A stretch of DNA of 64,000 bases. It comes from Octopus bimaculoides (lineage: Eukaryota). The DNA is taken from NCBI RefSeq assembly GCF_001194135.2, contig NC_068981.1, forward strand, positions 57,337,121 to 57,401,120, written 5' to 3'. Positions 62,975 to 64,000 of this stretch are shown here, piece by piece. The notes under the pieces are model-generated. The model was not told where the DNA came from, made no database searches, and saw only the letters and a list, made by a program, of their open reading frames with translations. The stretch's first letter is position 1, and every line of letters starts with the position of its first letter. A program made the position numbers and the translations under genes.

Positions 62975-63610
62975 NNNNNNNNNNCACACACATATTACAA
63001 TATATAAGTATTACATATAGGTGCAGGCGTGGCTGTGTGTAGTAAATTTGCTTCCTAACCACATGGCTCTGCATTCGGTCCCACTATGTGGTACCGTGTG
63101 TCTTACAAGGTTCACAATGTGGTCTAAATTATGTTATTGATCTTATGAGCGAACAAAGAAGTTTTATATAAATTAATGCGTTTTGATTTTAAAATAATTA
63201 GATAAAATAGAGATTAATTTGTTGTTTTTAGCATATCTCCACTGTTGGAATCTTTTTAAAAACTTTTTCTATTACTCAAACGAAAAATAAATGAATCAAA
63301 AATTTTTTCAAACCTTTTTTCCATTACACTCAAGCAAAAAAATAATTTATGAATTTCTTTCTCTTCGAGAGTCCTCTCCCCACCCCAAGGAAAAAATTTC
63401 CCCGCAATAATCGTAATCTATGCTGTTTGAAAGTTATTTATATAAAATTTCATTAAAAGATATCCATTTCCCTAAAATGTCATGTAGGTATTTTTTGCAC
63501 GGATGTGCAAGTGGCACTTACTCTCTCTCTCTCTCTCTCACGTACACATTATCTTTCATATACACGTACATACTTAAATACATATGTATACATATTTTGG
63601 TTTGTATGCG

Positions 63611-63655
<45 letters not shown>

Positions 63656-64000
63656 CACTTATACATACATGCAAAAAATACAACACAACTTCACTCACTC
63701 ACTCTCAAACAGACACACACACACATCCATCTTTCTCCTCTCACTTCAAAGCAAATGTCGGCTTTTCACTTTCTCTCTTTCAATTTCTGCATTAACCGAA
63801 ATTGCAGTTAATTTCTTCAAATCACAGTTAATTTCTTCACAGTTAATTTCTTCTTAGACAGGGACGAAGAACAATGGGCAACACCTCCTGATTTGTTTCT
63901 TCGTAATTTTCTTATTTATATTCGAAGGTGTAAATGTCGATTAATTGAAAGTGATTTTTTTTTTTTTTTTTTTTTTCAGGAAGACAATGAATATCTATAT

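Overview
AT-rich, microsatellite-rich metazoan genomic DNA with four N gaps. The repeat landscape (tRNA-derived SINEs, RTE LINE tails, Penelope-like elements) looks like an octopus; that is inference. Three protein-coding loci are supported. (1) A 5'-incomplete ZNF423/ZNF521 (Oaz) co-ortholog on + with 4 exons, 6574-19126, including a 3.17-kb exon. (2) A short CpG-rich, apparently intronless ankyrin-repeat ORF on + (27870-28376). (3) An interferon regulatory factor gene on -, rebuilt by hand from 10 phase-consistent coding exons (55221-38657, 361 aa; DNA-binding domain plus IAD/SMAD-like domain). The rest is transposon-derived: Ty3/gypsy, Penelope-like RT and GIY-YIG remnants, RTE and CR1/L2 fragments, Helitron, Tigger, mariner, hAT, piggyBac-like and Merlin-like MITEs, and SINEs. 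The most interesting signal is a family of TSD-flanked fold-back insertions with Penelope-like architecture. Two carry recognisable type I hammerhead ribozyme folds: one with an intact core at 62839-62912, and one fused behind a tRNA-like Pol III head at 38216-38551. All alignments, translations and counts are by eye; no database searches were run.
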